Shown here piece by piece: positions 41,204 to 49,605 of a stretch of 64,000 nucleotides of DNA (position 1 is its first letter; each line of letters opens with the position of its first letter). Under the pieces are notes generated by a model. That model was not told the origin of the DNA, did no database searches, and saw only the letters and a program-made list of their open reading frames with translations. The position numbers and the translations under genes were made by a program. Source of the DNA: Desulfomonilales bacterium (lineage in GTDB: Bacteria; Desulfobacterota; Desulfomonilia; Desulfomonilales; Desulfomonilaceae); contig JBBSBY010000002.1 of the NCBI GenBank assembly GCA_038250835.1, positions 21,087 to 85,086 of the forward strand, read 5' to 3'.

Positions 41204-41911
41204 TCATAGGGGAATTGCTACCTGTAGCCCATCCTTAATATGGTTCAATTTTCCCCCTCGAGAAACGAGCAACGCCTCGGCGGCTCTTAAACCCTGATGG
41301 TCGAGATCAGCCTCCAATGTTCCGGGAAGTCCCGCCGGCTCAACCGTCCAGCTAATGGTAACAAGGGTTTGGCTTTCACACTCGCCAATATTCATGGAAA
41401 TCAGCGGCTGTCGGCCCATTTCCGTTGCTTCAGTTTTTTCCACGCATTCACATACCAAGTCTCGAGCATAAGCGACGGCTTGAATCAGTATACCTTCAAT
41501 ATTTGTCGAATCCCTGATTAAAATTTCATTAGACTGATCATTCGTAATAGAAAAGCTTATTCCATGTCCGATCATCTGCCGGCCCATTAAGGCATTAATA
41601 TGCTCCACAATTCCGGCTAAAGTTCCGGGGGGCTCATCCACTCTAGGCGTCTTGGTATAGTTCTTCAAACTATCTATAATCTCAATGGCTCTTTGTACCT
41701 GGTCAGGAATTACGCTGAGTCTTTTGAGCAATAAATCTTTTTCAGGAGCTTCAAGGGCGCTTTTGTCCATTCGCAGCCTAATCACCTGAGAGGCTATGGT
41801 AATGGCGTTCAAAGGCTGTGCGATCTCATGCGCAAAACCGCCGAAGAGTTCTTTAAGGGTGAGTAGAGAAAGCAGGTCTTCGTTTGTAAAAGGAATGTTC
41901 TTTGTCATCAT
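41204..41911 (-). CDS. Soluble histidine-kinase-like protein (HisKA H-box present, ATP-binding domain degenerate)
   Basis: 235 aa. It has the H-box FGGFAHEIAQPLNAI. The C-terminal half has the length and spacing of HATPase_c but lacks clear N, G1 and G2 boxes. There is no TM segment, sensor domain or receiver domain. Confidence 0.7.
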   Translation of the reverse strand: MMTKNIPFTNEDLLSLLTLKELFGGFAHEIAQPLNAITIASQVIRLRMDKSALEAPEKDLLLKRLSVIPDQVQRAIEIIDSLKNYTKTPRVDEPPGTLAGIVEHINALMGRQMIGHGISFSITNDQSNEILIRDSTNIEGILIQAVAYARDLVCECVEKTEATEMGRQPLISMNIGECESQTLVTISWTVEPAGLPGTLEADLDHQGLRAAEALLVSRGGKLNHIKDGLQVAIPL

Positions 41912-42156
41912 TGTTTCCGGAATAGTCGATAAAGATCGTCAATTAAGATTGGAGTGAAAAGATGATATAATTAATAACATTCTTTTAATGATCCGCTTCA
42001 TGTTTTTGCATATGTGACTCGGGCTTGACACACAAGTTTAAATTTGACTCAAGCCAAGAAAAATCAGTAACCATTTCTTTGACGCTATTGGTATTTGTCT
42101 CAGTATTACTTAACTTATTTACTGATGATATTTAAAAGTTTTTCCCTGGAGAACCT

Positions 42157-42768
42157 ATGAGCCAAACTGCTGTAATTGTGGTCGATTTTCAAGCAGATTT
42201 TACCGAGTTCCGCAACGGGTCTCTTGCCGTCGCGTCTACGGGATTAGACTATGTGGATTTGGTAATTAAGGAAACCAAAAAGTTTAAGGACCTGTCTCTC
42301 CCAATTATAGCGACTCGGGATTATCATCCGCCTGAACACGTCTCATTCTATACGAATCATCCCGGTAAAAAAGTCTTTGATGTAGTTTCGGTAAACGCTC
42401 GAGAGCAAGTTCTTTGGCCGCCGCATTGTGTTCAGGGAACGCCCGGCGTTGCAATTTTGCTGCCCATTGATCTCATTGATCATACCATCACGACCGCGGA
42501 TAAGCCCGAGTTTGAAGGATATTCGGCATTTCAGGACGACGGCGGACGTGACACGGGATTGGCGGCCTTGCTTAACAAATTGGAAGCAACCCGCCTCCTA
42601 GTCTATGGCTTAGCGATTGATTATTGTGTAAAAGCCACTGTGTTGCATGCCGTGGAGCTTGGTTACGAAGCGGTATTGCTTCGGCGTCTCAGCCGTGGCA
42701 TAACTCCATTGGGGGAGCAAAAAGCAATCAAGGAAATGAGATCAGCCGGCGCTCTTATTGAAGATTGA
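42157..42768 (+). CDS. pncA: Nicotinamidase / isochorismatase-family hydrolase
   Basis: 203 aa. It has VVDFQADF, the metal site RDYHPPEHVSF, then PPHCVQGTPG and the catalytic Cys in GLAIDYCV. Confidence 0.85.
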   Translation: MSQTAVIVVDFQADFTEFRNGSLAVASTGLDYVDLVIKETKKFKDLSLPIIATRDYHPPEHVSFYTNHPGKKVFDVVSVNAREQVLWPPHCVQGTPGVAILLPIDLIDHTITTADKPEFEGYSAFQDDGGRDTGLAALLNKLEATRLLVYGLAIDYCVKATVLHAVELGYEAVLLRRLSRGITPLGEQKAIKEMRSAGALIED

Positions 42769-42786
42769 TGTGAAAATTCTATTTTC

Positions 42787-43473
42787 ATGGCTATAAAAGC
42801 AAGAGGTGAATTGATGAACAGGAAATTATTTTCAATTTTAACTGTGTGTGTGCTTTTTTTGGGAACGGCGATAACCGCTATTGCCGAGGATTTAAAACCG
42901 ACAAAGCTACCTGAGCCCAACCTGGATCAAACGAAGTCACTGGCCCAGGCGTTGAGGGAAAGAAAGACGACTCGAGAATTTACTTCGCAGCCCTTGCCTG
43001 ATCAAGTATTGTCTAATCTACTGTGGTCGGCTTGGGGAATAAACAGGCCGGATTCCGGTAGACGAACGGCCCCAAGCTCCAAAAATCGGCAAGAGATTGA
43101 TTTGTACGTCTCGACAGCCAACGGGACGTATATATACGAAGCAAAGTCACATATTCTGCGTCCGGTGGTTTCAGGTGATCATCGCAATTTGACGTTTAGT
43201 CAAGAACCGTTCCAGGACGCTCCTGTTAATATTGTTTTTGTGGCGGACCTGAATCGAATGGGAGAAGGTGTGAGTGAAGAAAACAAAATGCTGTCGGCTT
43301 CCGTGGACACTGGATTCATCGCTCAAAATATTTATCTTTATTGCGCTGTTTCGGGGCTGAACACCGGGTACCGCGTAACCTTACCCAAAGATAAATTTGC
43401 TCAAATAATGAAATTGAAATCGAGTCAAAAAATCATAGGGGCGCAAAGCGTAGGTCTGCCGATATCTAAGTAG
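42787..43473 (+). CDS. Nitroreductase-family protein with N-terminal signal peptide
   Basis: 228 aa. The signal-like N-terminus is MNRKLFSILTVCVLFLGTAITAIA. The nitroreductase-fold segments are RKTTREFTSQPL, LLWSAWGINRP and RTAPSS. The probable true start is the ATG at 42814. Confidence 0.8.
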   Translation: MAIKARGELMNRKLFSILTVCVLFLGTAITAIAEDLKPTKLPEPNLDQTKSLAQALRERKTTREFTSQPLPDQVLSNLLWSAWGINRPDSGRRTAPSSKNRQEIDLYVSTANGTYIYEAKSHILRPVVSGDHRNLTFSQEPFQDAPVNIVFVADLNRMGEGVSEENKMLSASVDTGFIAQNIYLYCAVSGLNTGYRVTLPKDKFAQIMKLKSSQKIIGAQSVGLPISK

Positions 43474-43505
43474 CCGTATTGATTGAATACATCAATTGTT
43501 TAGAG

Positions 43506-43527
43506 TTCCGAAGCTCGGAAGTTTTGT
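43506..43527 (+). terminator. Candidate terminator after the nitroreductase gene, in a convergent gap with rny
   Basis: It reads TTCCGA-AGC-TCGGAA followed by GTTTTGT. A second hairpin, CTGCCGGC-GTGG-GCCGGCAG (43528-43547), follows directly and may serve the convergent rny. Confidence 0.45.
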
Positions 43528-43632
43528 CTGCCGGCGTGGGCCGGCAGTCTGTCCATCTTGAGGACGAGACGTTTTTATCTAACGGCGCCCAACTCGGATC
43601 ATCAATTTTATAAATGCATTCGCGGTGGTTGT

Positions 43633-45195
43633 TTACCTGGCGTATTCCACTGCTCGGCTTTCTCTTACCACCACGATTTTAATTTGGCCCGGATATGACA
43701 AATCCTTTTCTATCTTTTTTCTGATGTCACGAGCCAACATTGTCAAGCCGTCGTCGGAAATATTTGAATTCTCGACAATTATACGGATTTCACGACCGGC
43801 TTGAATTGCAAAAGATTTACTCACACCCTTGAAAGAATCGGCTATTCTCTCCAAATCTTCGAGTCGCTTGACATAATTCTCAAGCATTTCACGTCGCGCG
43901 CCGGGACGCGCCGCAGAAAGAGTATCCGCTGCTTGAACAAGGACCGCCATTACACTTGTTGGGTCTTCGTCGCCGTGGTGAGCCGCAATCGCATTTACAA
44001 TCAATGTCGATTCCCCATGACGACGGGCAATATCCGCCCCGATTATAGCGTGAGCGCCTTCAACTTCGTGATCAATCGCTTTGCCGATATCGTGCAGCAA
44101 GCCCGCTCGGCGGGCCCTTTTCTGGTTTAGCCCCAATTCGGCGGCCATTATGCCGCACAGGAAAGCGACTTCAATGGAATGTTGGTAAACGTTTTGGGCA
44201 AAGGATGTGCGATATTTTAACTTGCCCAACAGCTTTATCAACTCGGGATTAATTCCGTGGACTCCTACATCGAAGCTGGCTTGCTCGCCAGCTTCGACAA
44301 TGGCCTCTTCCATTTCCTGAGATACCTTTTTCACGATTTCTTCAATACGAGCCGGATGAATTCTGCCGTCATTAATCAGACGTTCCAGGGCTATCCGCGC
44401 AATTTCGCGCCGGATGGAATTATACCCGGAAAGAATAACGGCTTCAGGAGTATCGTCAATGATGAGATCAATTCCGGTCGCAGCTTCTATTGCTCTGATG
44501 TTGCGGCCCTCTCGACCAATTATGCGGCCTTTCATTTCCTCGTTTGGCAAATTGACTACCGAAACGGTACGCTCCGCGATGAAATCCGCCGCGTATCTGC
44601 CAACTGCGGTCGCAATGATTTCTTTAGCTTTCTTATCAGCTTGACTATGGGCTTCCTCTTCGATCTGCCTGACAATCCGCGCACATTCGAGGCGAGATTC
44701 GTCTTCCACTTTCTTTAGTAAGATATCCTTGGCTTCAGTTGCGCTAAGTCCTGCAACGGACTCCAACTTATCCTGTTGTTTCTTAACTAAGGCTTCAGAT
44801 TCCTTTTCTCGATCTTTAGCACGTTTAAATCCGGCTTCGATTTCCTTCTCGTGCTTTGCCAGTGAATTTTCTTTTTGTTCAAGCTGAGAGCCTTTTCGCT
44901 CTAAGTTTTCTTCTTTCTTGAGCAAACGAGACTCCCTAGCAGAGAGTTCGGACCTCCGTTCTTTAATTTCCGTTTCCAGTTCGGCTCTTTTTTGGAAAAG
45001 TTTATCTTTAGCCTGAAGAAGGACTTCCTTCTTTATGGTTTCGGCTTCTTTTTCAGCGATCTTGATAATTTCAGTCGCGTCGGACTTGGCTGATTCGATC
45101 CGGCTCTTGTCTAAGAATCTGGCTGCGGCGTATCCTCCGCCTGCGCCTAATAACAGAGCGACAAGGGCAGGAATCACTAGGGAGATCGATTCCAA
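43633..45195 (-). CDS. rny: Ribonuclease Y
   Basis: It has an N-terminal TM helix, a long coiled coil, a KH domain ([23 protein letters not shown]) and an HD domain ([12 protein letters not shown]). I chose the TTG at 45195, preceded by GGAGGGG, which gives about 520 aa. The track ORF extends to 45249. Confidence 0.95.
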   Translation of the reverse strand: MESISLVIPALVALLLGAGGGYAAARFLDKSRIESAKSDATEIIKIAEKEAETIKKEVLLQAKDKLFQKRAELETEIKERRSELSARESRLLKKEENLERKGSQLEQKENSLAKHEKEIEAGFKRAKDREKESEALVKKQQDKLESVAGLSATEAKDILLKKVEDESRLECARIVRQIEEEAHSQADKKAKEIIATAVGRYAADFIAERTVSVVNLPNEEMKGRIIGREGRNIRAIEAATGIDLIIDDTPEAVILSGYNSIRREIARIALERLINDGRIHPARIEEIVKKVSQEMEEAIVEAGEQASFDVGVHGINPELIKLLGKLKYRTSFAQNVYQHSIEVAFLCGIMAAELGLNQKRARRAGLLHDIGKAIDHEVEGAHAIIGADIARRHGESTLIVNAIAAHHGDEDPTSVMAVLVQAADTLSAARPGARREMLENYVKRLEDLERIADSFKGVSKSFAIQAGREIRIIVENSNISDDGLTMLARDIRKKIEKDLSYPGQIKIVVVRESRAVEYAR

Positions 45196-45399
45196 GAGCC
45201 CCTCCGTATAGATATAAATTGACGGGACGCCCATGCAGGAAGATATCAAGGATGTGGTAGTGGTAGAAGGGGCAGATTAAAGTATATATAGACGGCGAAT
45301 TATTCCGACAAAAATATATATTCTCCCCCGAATGGCCATCCAGAGGCTTCCAAAAACATCCCGGTTATGGGCTGGTAGGAACAACACACGTAAGGAATG

Positions 45400-45580
45400 G
45401 GAGGACCCCCGCTCGACCGTGCGCCAGATTTTTTGAACCTAGTTTCCCAGGTGGGAACCAAGCGATTGTTTCAGACTTCCTGCTTCAATGGCAGGCATGC
45501 ACACCACAATCGGGAACGGCTCCCATTTTTTGAGTGTTGGCTCAAAAAATTACTGACTTCACCAATCGCGCAGGGGCATT
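45400..45580 (-). ncRNA. ssrS: Candidate 6S RNA
   Basis: It lies in the 340-nt non-coding gap directly downstream of zapA, the conserved ssrS context in E. coli and relatives. The minus strand folds by eye into one long interrupted hairpin:
- a closing stem (CCCC.UGCGC.GAUU with AAUC..GCGCA....GGGG)
- a helix AUUUUUUGAGCC/GGUUCAAAAAAU
- a central bubble of about 13/12 nt
- helices UGGGAGCC/GGUUCCCA and CGAUUGU/ACAAUCG
- an apical hairpin CCUGC-CAUUGAA-GCAGG
The ends are approximate. Confidence 0.55.
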
Positions 45581-45592
45581 AGCATCCGTATA

Positions 45593-45883
45593 TCAGGATT
45601 TCCGATCCATGGCTTCTAAGAGCCGCTCGGTTTTCTCCTCCAACTCTTTAATAGTCTGTTCCTTAACCTGTTTATATTGAAACATCTCATCGGTTATGTT
45701 GAGAAGGGTCAAAACCGCCAAATCCAATGTCGTAACAACATTAGATTTTGCTTGTATGTCTCTTGAGCGGCGCCTAATGTGATCAGCCAATTCTTCTACG
45801 TAGCGCCCATCACCCTGTCCCTTGACCGTATATTCACGACCGAAAAGTTTTACCTTAATCAATTCTAATTGATTTTTATCCAC
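45593..45883 (-). CDS. zapA: Cell division protein ZapA
   Basis: 96 aa. It has VKLFGREYTVKGQGDGRYVEELADHI...LDLAVLTLLNITDE, the typical ZapA pattern. Confidence 0.85.
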   Translation of the reverse strand: MDKNQLELIKVKLFGREYTVKGQGDGRYVEELADHIRRRSRDIQAKSNVVTTLDLAVLTLLNITDEMFQYKQVKEQTIKELEEKTERLLEAMDRKS

Positions 45884-45915
45884 TGTGGTAGATTCTTCGT
45901 CGTAAACACCTTTTT

Positions 45916-46137
45916 TCAGGTGAGCGCCTCCAGTTTTTCTATTATTTTGTCCAACTTACCTTTGGCCGACTTATGGTCCTTCTGCAACTTTTTAAGAGTC
46001 CGGTCAAGCTCACCAATCCGTTTGTCGCGCTTCTCGAGTTCTTTGCCGAATCGCTCTTGTTCTTTTTTGGATTGATCATTCTGTTCTATTAAATGCATGA
46101 TCTTCTCCTCGAGAAGAGCAAGCTTATCCGAATCCAT
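45916..46137 (-). CDS. zapB: ZapB-like coiled-coil cell division protein
   Basis: 73 aa, entirely heptad-like charged coiled coil. The N-terminus LALLEEKIMHLIEQ resembles ZapB. It sits directly upstream of zapA. Confidence 0.6.
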   Translation of the reverse strand: MDSDKLALLEEKIMHLIEQNDQSKKEQERFGKELEKRDKRIGELDRTLKKLQKDHKSAKGKLDKIIEKLEALT

Positions 46138-46171
46138 CCGGGTCTCCTTAAATCTTTTGAGATCCGCTATG

Positions 46172-46199
46172 ATTATATTCCTTCAGGGGTAAGTGTCAA
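46172..46199 (-). promoter_or_regulatory. Strong sigma70-type promoter for zapB-zapA (and possibly 6S RNA)
   Basis: The minus strand reads TTGACA, a 16-nt spacer, then a perfect TATAAT, about 30 nt upstream of the zapB ATG. AAGGAGA lies before the start. Confidence 0.55.
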
Positions 46200-46312
46200 G
46201 AAATATGACGTCAAGGAGTTTACTCAAGATTATTTAATTGCTTGTGCCACATCGAATAATTGGATGCATTCTTGCGCCGACATACGCGAGGATAGCTGCT
46301 TAAATCTAGCGG

Positions 46313-47776
46313 CTACACTTTCAAACCCATTTCAGGCCAAATTATCAGGATCGAAATTAACAAAAGGAGTAACATCATCGATGAAATGACGGCTCCCTTT
46401 CGATACAATTCTTCGTCTCCCGAGTAATCGCCGGTATAAGTTACAAAAGCGAGTGAAGCGCCTTCCAATGTAATACCCGGCAGTCCGGAAGCGACCAACA
46501 ACGCAAATACCACAAGCAGTTGAGACACACCCAAAGGTATGGCCACCAGCATCGCCACAGGCGCCAGAACTACGAAAACAAATACGTTTGCAATAACATT
46601 TGACAAGAGGAATATTACTAGTGAGAAAACGACCAAAAACACTGAGTTGTGGAAATTGGCAAATATTCTCGTCATGATCGACGCAGCCCATTGGGCTGCT
46701 CCAGTGTCAAGCAGGCAAAAGGATAGACTCAATGAGCCGGCGCAAAGCAGAATTAAATTCCATGAAGAGCTGTTGAAATCATTAAGATCTAAAACTCGCG
46801 TGATAAAGAGAAAGATTCCTGGTACGAGTAATAAAGAAGCTTTATCTATACCAGCAAGCAGTGGAACAAAGCTTTGCAAGGACAGCAGACTGATAGCCGC
46901 CGGTAGAGCTACGCCTGCGAATACTTCCCCGCTGCTAATTTTGCCGCAACGAATGAGGCGCTCATGAATAATATGTGCGGTATTCGAAGAGAATACTTTA
47001 TGGGGTTTGAAAAGGAACACTCCCGTCAATGCGAGGATGCCGACCATCAACCAACCAATGGGAGCCATGTAGTATGAAAAATCCAAAAAAGTCGGCTCGG
47101 ACCCAGTTAGACGACGTAGGATGCTCAATGAAATGATGCTTCGAGGCGCCGCAAAAAGCGTAATCATGCCGGCGATACTGCACAGACAAGTTAGACCAAA
47201 AAACAATTCTTTGCCAGGTTTTTTAGATGCGCGATCTGTGGAATTCATATCGGTAATAAACCACAAGATCGGGAAAATGGATGCGGCCAACACGGAATTC
47301 AGTAGGAAGTGACTGAGAAGAGCAACCAGAAGACAAAGGGCTAAATACATCCTTATAGGCGACGCCGATGCCGTGAAAAGAAAATAAAAGACGATCCTCT
47401 TGACGAGTCCGGTCTTAATGAGCCCCGCGCTCAAAGATAGAGATCCTATAATAAAAATAATCGATGGGTCAGTGAAATCCCCGAATATTTTGCCGGCAGG
47501 CCTGAGTAAGAATAATCCCTGAACCATGCCGAACATTAACCCAATCACACCCACCGACATAGAGCTGAACGCCAGCCACACTCCACCGGCTAGAACCAGG
47601 CCTAGCGCTCCCCTTCCTTCACGAGTCAATTCAATGGTTTTTCCGGGTTGGTCGGAGGCCACACTTGGAAATTCCGGTAGAAAATACATTACAAGAAAAA
47701 TAATTAGGCCGGCTAAAATTGCCAGTTCATCAGTGTCCGAACTTTTGGACCCCAACCCGACATCTGATTCAGGCAT
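46313..47776 (-). CDS. Ion-transporter-superfamily permease (DASS/SLC13- or ArsB/CitMHS-like anion permease)
   Basis: 487 aa with at least 10 predicted TM helices. Two hairpin-like motifs (LLNSVLAAS and LLSNVIANV) resemble the SNT-type re-entrant loops of DASS transporters. The substrate is unknown. Confidence 0.8.
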   Translation of the reverse strand: MPESDVGLGSKSSDTDELAILAGLIIFLVMYFLPEFPSVASDQPGKTIELTREGRGALGLVLAGGVWLAFSSMSVGVIGLMFGMVQGLFLLRPAGKIFGDFTDPSIIFIIGSLSLSAGLIKTGLVKRIVFYFLFTASASPIRMYLALCLLVALLSHFLLNSVLAASIFPILWFITDMNSTDRASKKPGKELFFGLTCLCSIAGMITLFAAPRSIISLSILRRLTGSEPTFLDFSYYMAPIGWLMVGILALTGVFLFKPHKVFSSNTAHIIHERLIRCGKISSGEVFAGVALPAAISLLSLQSFVPLLAGIDKASLLLVPGIFLFITRVLDLNDFNSSSWNLILLCAGSLSLSFCLLDTGAAQWAASIMTRIFANFHNSVFLVVFSLVIFLLSNVIANVFVFVVLAPVAMLVAIPLGVSQLLVVFALLVASGLPGITLEGASLAFVTYTGDYSGDEELYRKGAVISSMMLLLLLISILIIWPEMGLKV

Positions 47777-47807
47777 GCGGACCCTCCGGATCTCCTCGGT
47801 TAAAGCT

Positions 47808-47847
47808 TTAAAGGAAAGGAGGACTCGGCTTCGCCCGGCTTGCCGAG
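47808..47847 (-). terminator. Possible terminator between the regulator and the permease
   Basis: The minus strand reads CUCGGC-AAGCCGGGCGAA-GCCGAG followed by UCCUCCUUUCCUUU. The stem is short and the tail is pyrimidine-rich rather than pure U. Confidence 0.3.
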
Positions 47848-47879
47848 ATCTGTGAAGAGACTAGTTATATGGCTTTGAA

Positions 47880-49274
47880 TTAGCATTCAATGTTGTACTG
47901 CTTGAGTTTTCTCCATAATGTGCTGCGCGCCCATCCCAAAAGAGTCGCGGCTTTTGTTTTTCGCCCTCCCGCCTTTTTCAAGGCGGCCTCAATCATTCTG
48001 CGTTCCGTGTGCTCCCAGTTCAGGGTGTCGGCGCCCACTTTATCTTCAGGGGAATGCGCCGCATGAGTCGCGGCAATCGGATAATTAGAGTCAAACTTGG
48101 CCACATGTCCCGGTAAATGAACAAGTCTTATATGATCGCAGTCGCACACGTCAACCGCAAACTCCATGATACTTCGTAATTCTTTCAAATTTTCCGGATA
48201 ATCATAGGATAATAAAGCCCTGTGGGCTCTCGGACCGAATTGTTTAATTTTTTTATTAAATTTTACTGCCATCGTCCTCAAACAATAATCAAGTAGGACG
48301 TTTATGTCATCGCGTTTGTCGACAAGCGGCTTCAATTTTAACGGCATGGCGCTGAGTCGATAGTAGAGATCTTCTCTAAATCGGCCTTCTTTTACCAAAA
48401 CTTTTAAATCCGAGCGCGTTCCGGCAATGAGTCGAACATCAACATGAACTCCTTTTGCGCTCCCCACGGGATAAATAATACTTTCATCAAGGAAAGTAAG
48501 TAGTTTTGATTGGATGCCGATAGGCAAATCCGCCACATCCGATAAATATAAGCTTCCGTTGTGAGCTAATCTAAGTTTACCGGTCTTCTCCAGACCACCG
48601 GAAGAAGCTTTACCTCCGGAATCTCCAAATAATTCCGTTTCCAAAACAGGTTCCGATGTATCACAACATTCCAGCATCACAAAAGGACCGTGATTTCTTG
48701 CAGAAAGCTGGTGAACCGCTTCAGCTATATAGTCCTTACCCATTCCCGGATCACTCTGAATTAAAACTGAAGAATCGGTTTGCGCTACCGCAGGTATACG
48801 TTGATAGACCCTTTTTAAATCCTGGCTGACTCCCACAACTCTTCCGCTTAGAAGAGCTCTTCCAAACTCAAATTCCGGCTCTTTTCTCTTCTCCAGCTTT
48901 CGGTAGGTGGCGATGAAACCGACTAGCCGGTCGGTTCCATTCACTATGCCGGCAGCGCTTATAAATACTGATATTTTTTTTCTGTCTCCGGTTAGAATAT
49001 CCGCTTCCGCTGATACAGGTTCTGAATCCGCTTTTAAGCGGGCTTGCAAGCAACTGGATACACAAATGCTGCTCCGGACTATGTAGCGGCAGGGCAGCCC
49101 TAAAATTTCTTTTTGTGTAAATCCCGTTAACGCTTCAAATGCTCGATTCGCTATCAGAACTTTTCCGGCGCCGTCCATAACCAATACAGCCAAAGGAATG
49201 GCGTTAATAAATTGTTGCAATTTAATTGGAGATTCATACAGATCTTGAATCGATGAATGCATGGTACGGTCCAC
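47880..49274 (-). CDS. PAS - AAA+ - Fis-HTH regulator of the sigma54-activator (bEBP) family, with degenerate catalytic and GAFTGA motifs
   Basis: 464 aa. It has a PAS-like N-terminus (LAVLVMDGAGKVLIANRAFEALTGFTQKEILG). The central region aligns to sigma54_activat (AQTDSSVLIQSDPGMGKD...ETELFG...VDVRLIAGT...FREDLYYRL). The C-terminal HTH_8 segment is KAATLLGWARSTLWRKLKQY. Confidence 0.85.
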   Translation of the reverse strand: MDRTMHSSIQDLYESPIKLQQFINAIPLAVLVMDGAGKVLIANRAFEALTGFTQKEILGLPCRYIVRSSICVSSCLQARLKADSEPVSAEADILTGDRKKISVFISAAGIVNGTDRLVGFIATYRKLEKRKEPEFEFGRALLSGRVVGVSQDLKRVYQRIPAVAQTDSSVLIQSDPGMGKDYIAEAVHQLSARNHGPFVMLECCDTSEPVLETELFGDSGGKASSGGLEKTGKLRLAHNGSLYLSDVADLPIGIQSKLLTFLDESIIYPVGSAKGVHVDVRLIAGTRSDLKVLVKEGRFREDLYYRLSAMPLKLKPLVDKRDDINVLLDYCLRTMAVKFNKKIKQFGPRAHRALLSYDYPENLKELRSIMEFAVDVCDCDHIRLVHLPGHVAKFDSNYPIAATHAAHSPEDKVGADTLNWEHTERRMIEAALKKAGGRKTKAATLLGWARSTLWRKLKQYNIEC

Positions 49275-49605
49275 TGTGATTTTCTCGTATAACGGCGATA
49301 TCAGAAAATTTTGCGATTTAAATGGTTAGCTGCAGGATTACGGACACCATAGCCTTTTTCCGCGTATGGCCATACCCCTGATGAGTAGAGTATGCGAGAA
49401 TAGATCGCCGAAAAATTATAGCTCTAAAATGGAGGATTTCGAAGTCGCGCTGAATGACGGCTTCTAAATTACTTCCATTGCAGCCATAAACTCCAATTGA
49501 AATATGAAACTTACAGAGCTTTTAGAATGTTAAAGAAGGTCAACACGGGTCTTTGATTATTTATGTATACGCTGAGTAGCGGTACCCCCAAACTATACCC
49601 TAAAA

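Noticed and set aside
46228-46249. TGGCAC on the minus strand upstream of zapB, as a possible sigma54 promoter
   Set aside because: The -12 region is ATTAA, with no GC element. A near-consensus sigma70 promoter (TTGACA-16-TATAAT) lies just downstream and explains transcription.
49378-49414. Hammerhead-ribozyme-like core CUGAUGAG ... CGAAA on the plus strand between nuoN and the regulator
   Set aside because: The intervening 22 nt do not form a stem II adjacent to the core. Only GCGA/UCGC pairs, and it is offset by 8 unpaired nt. I could not build stems I and III or a cleavage-site triplet. CUGAUGA alone is expected several times by chance in 128 kb of two-strand sequence.
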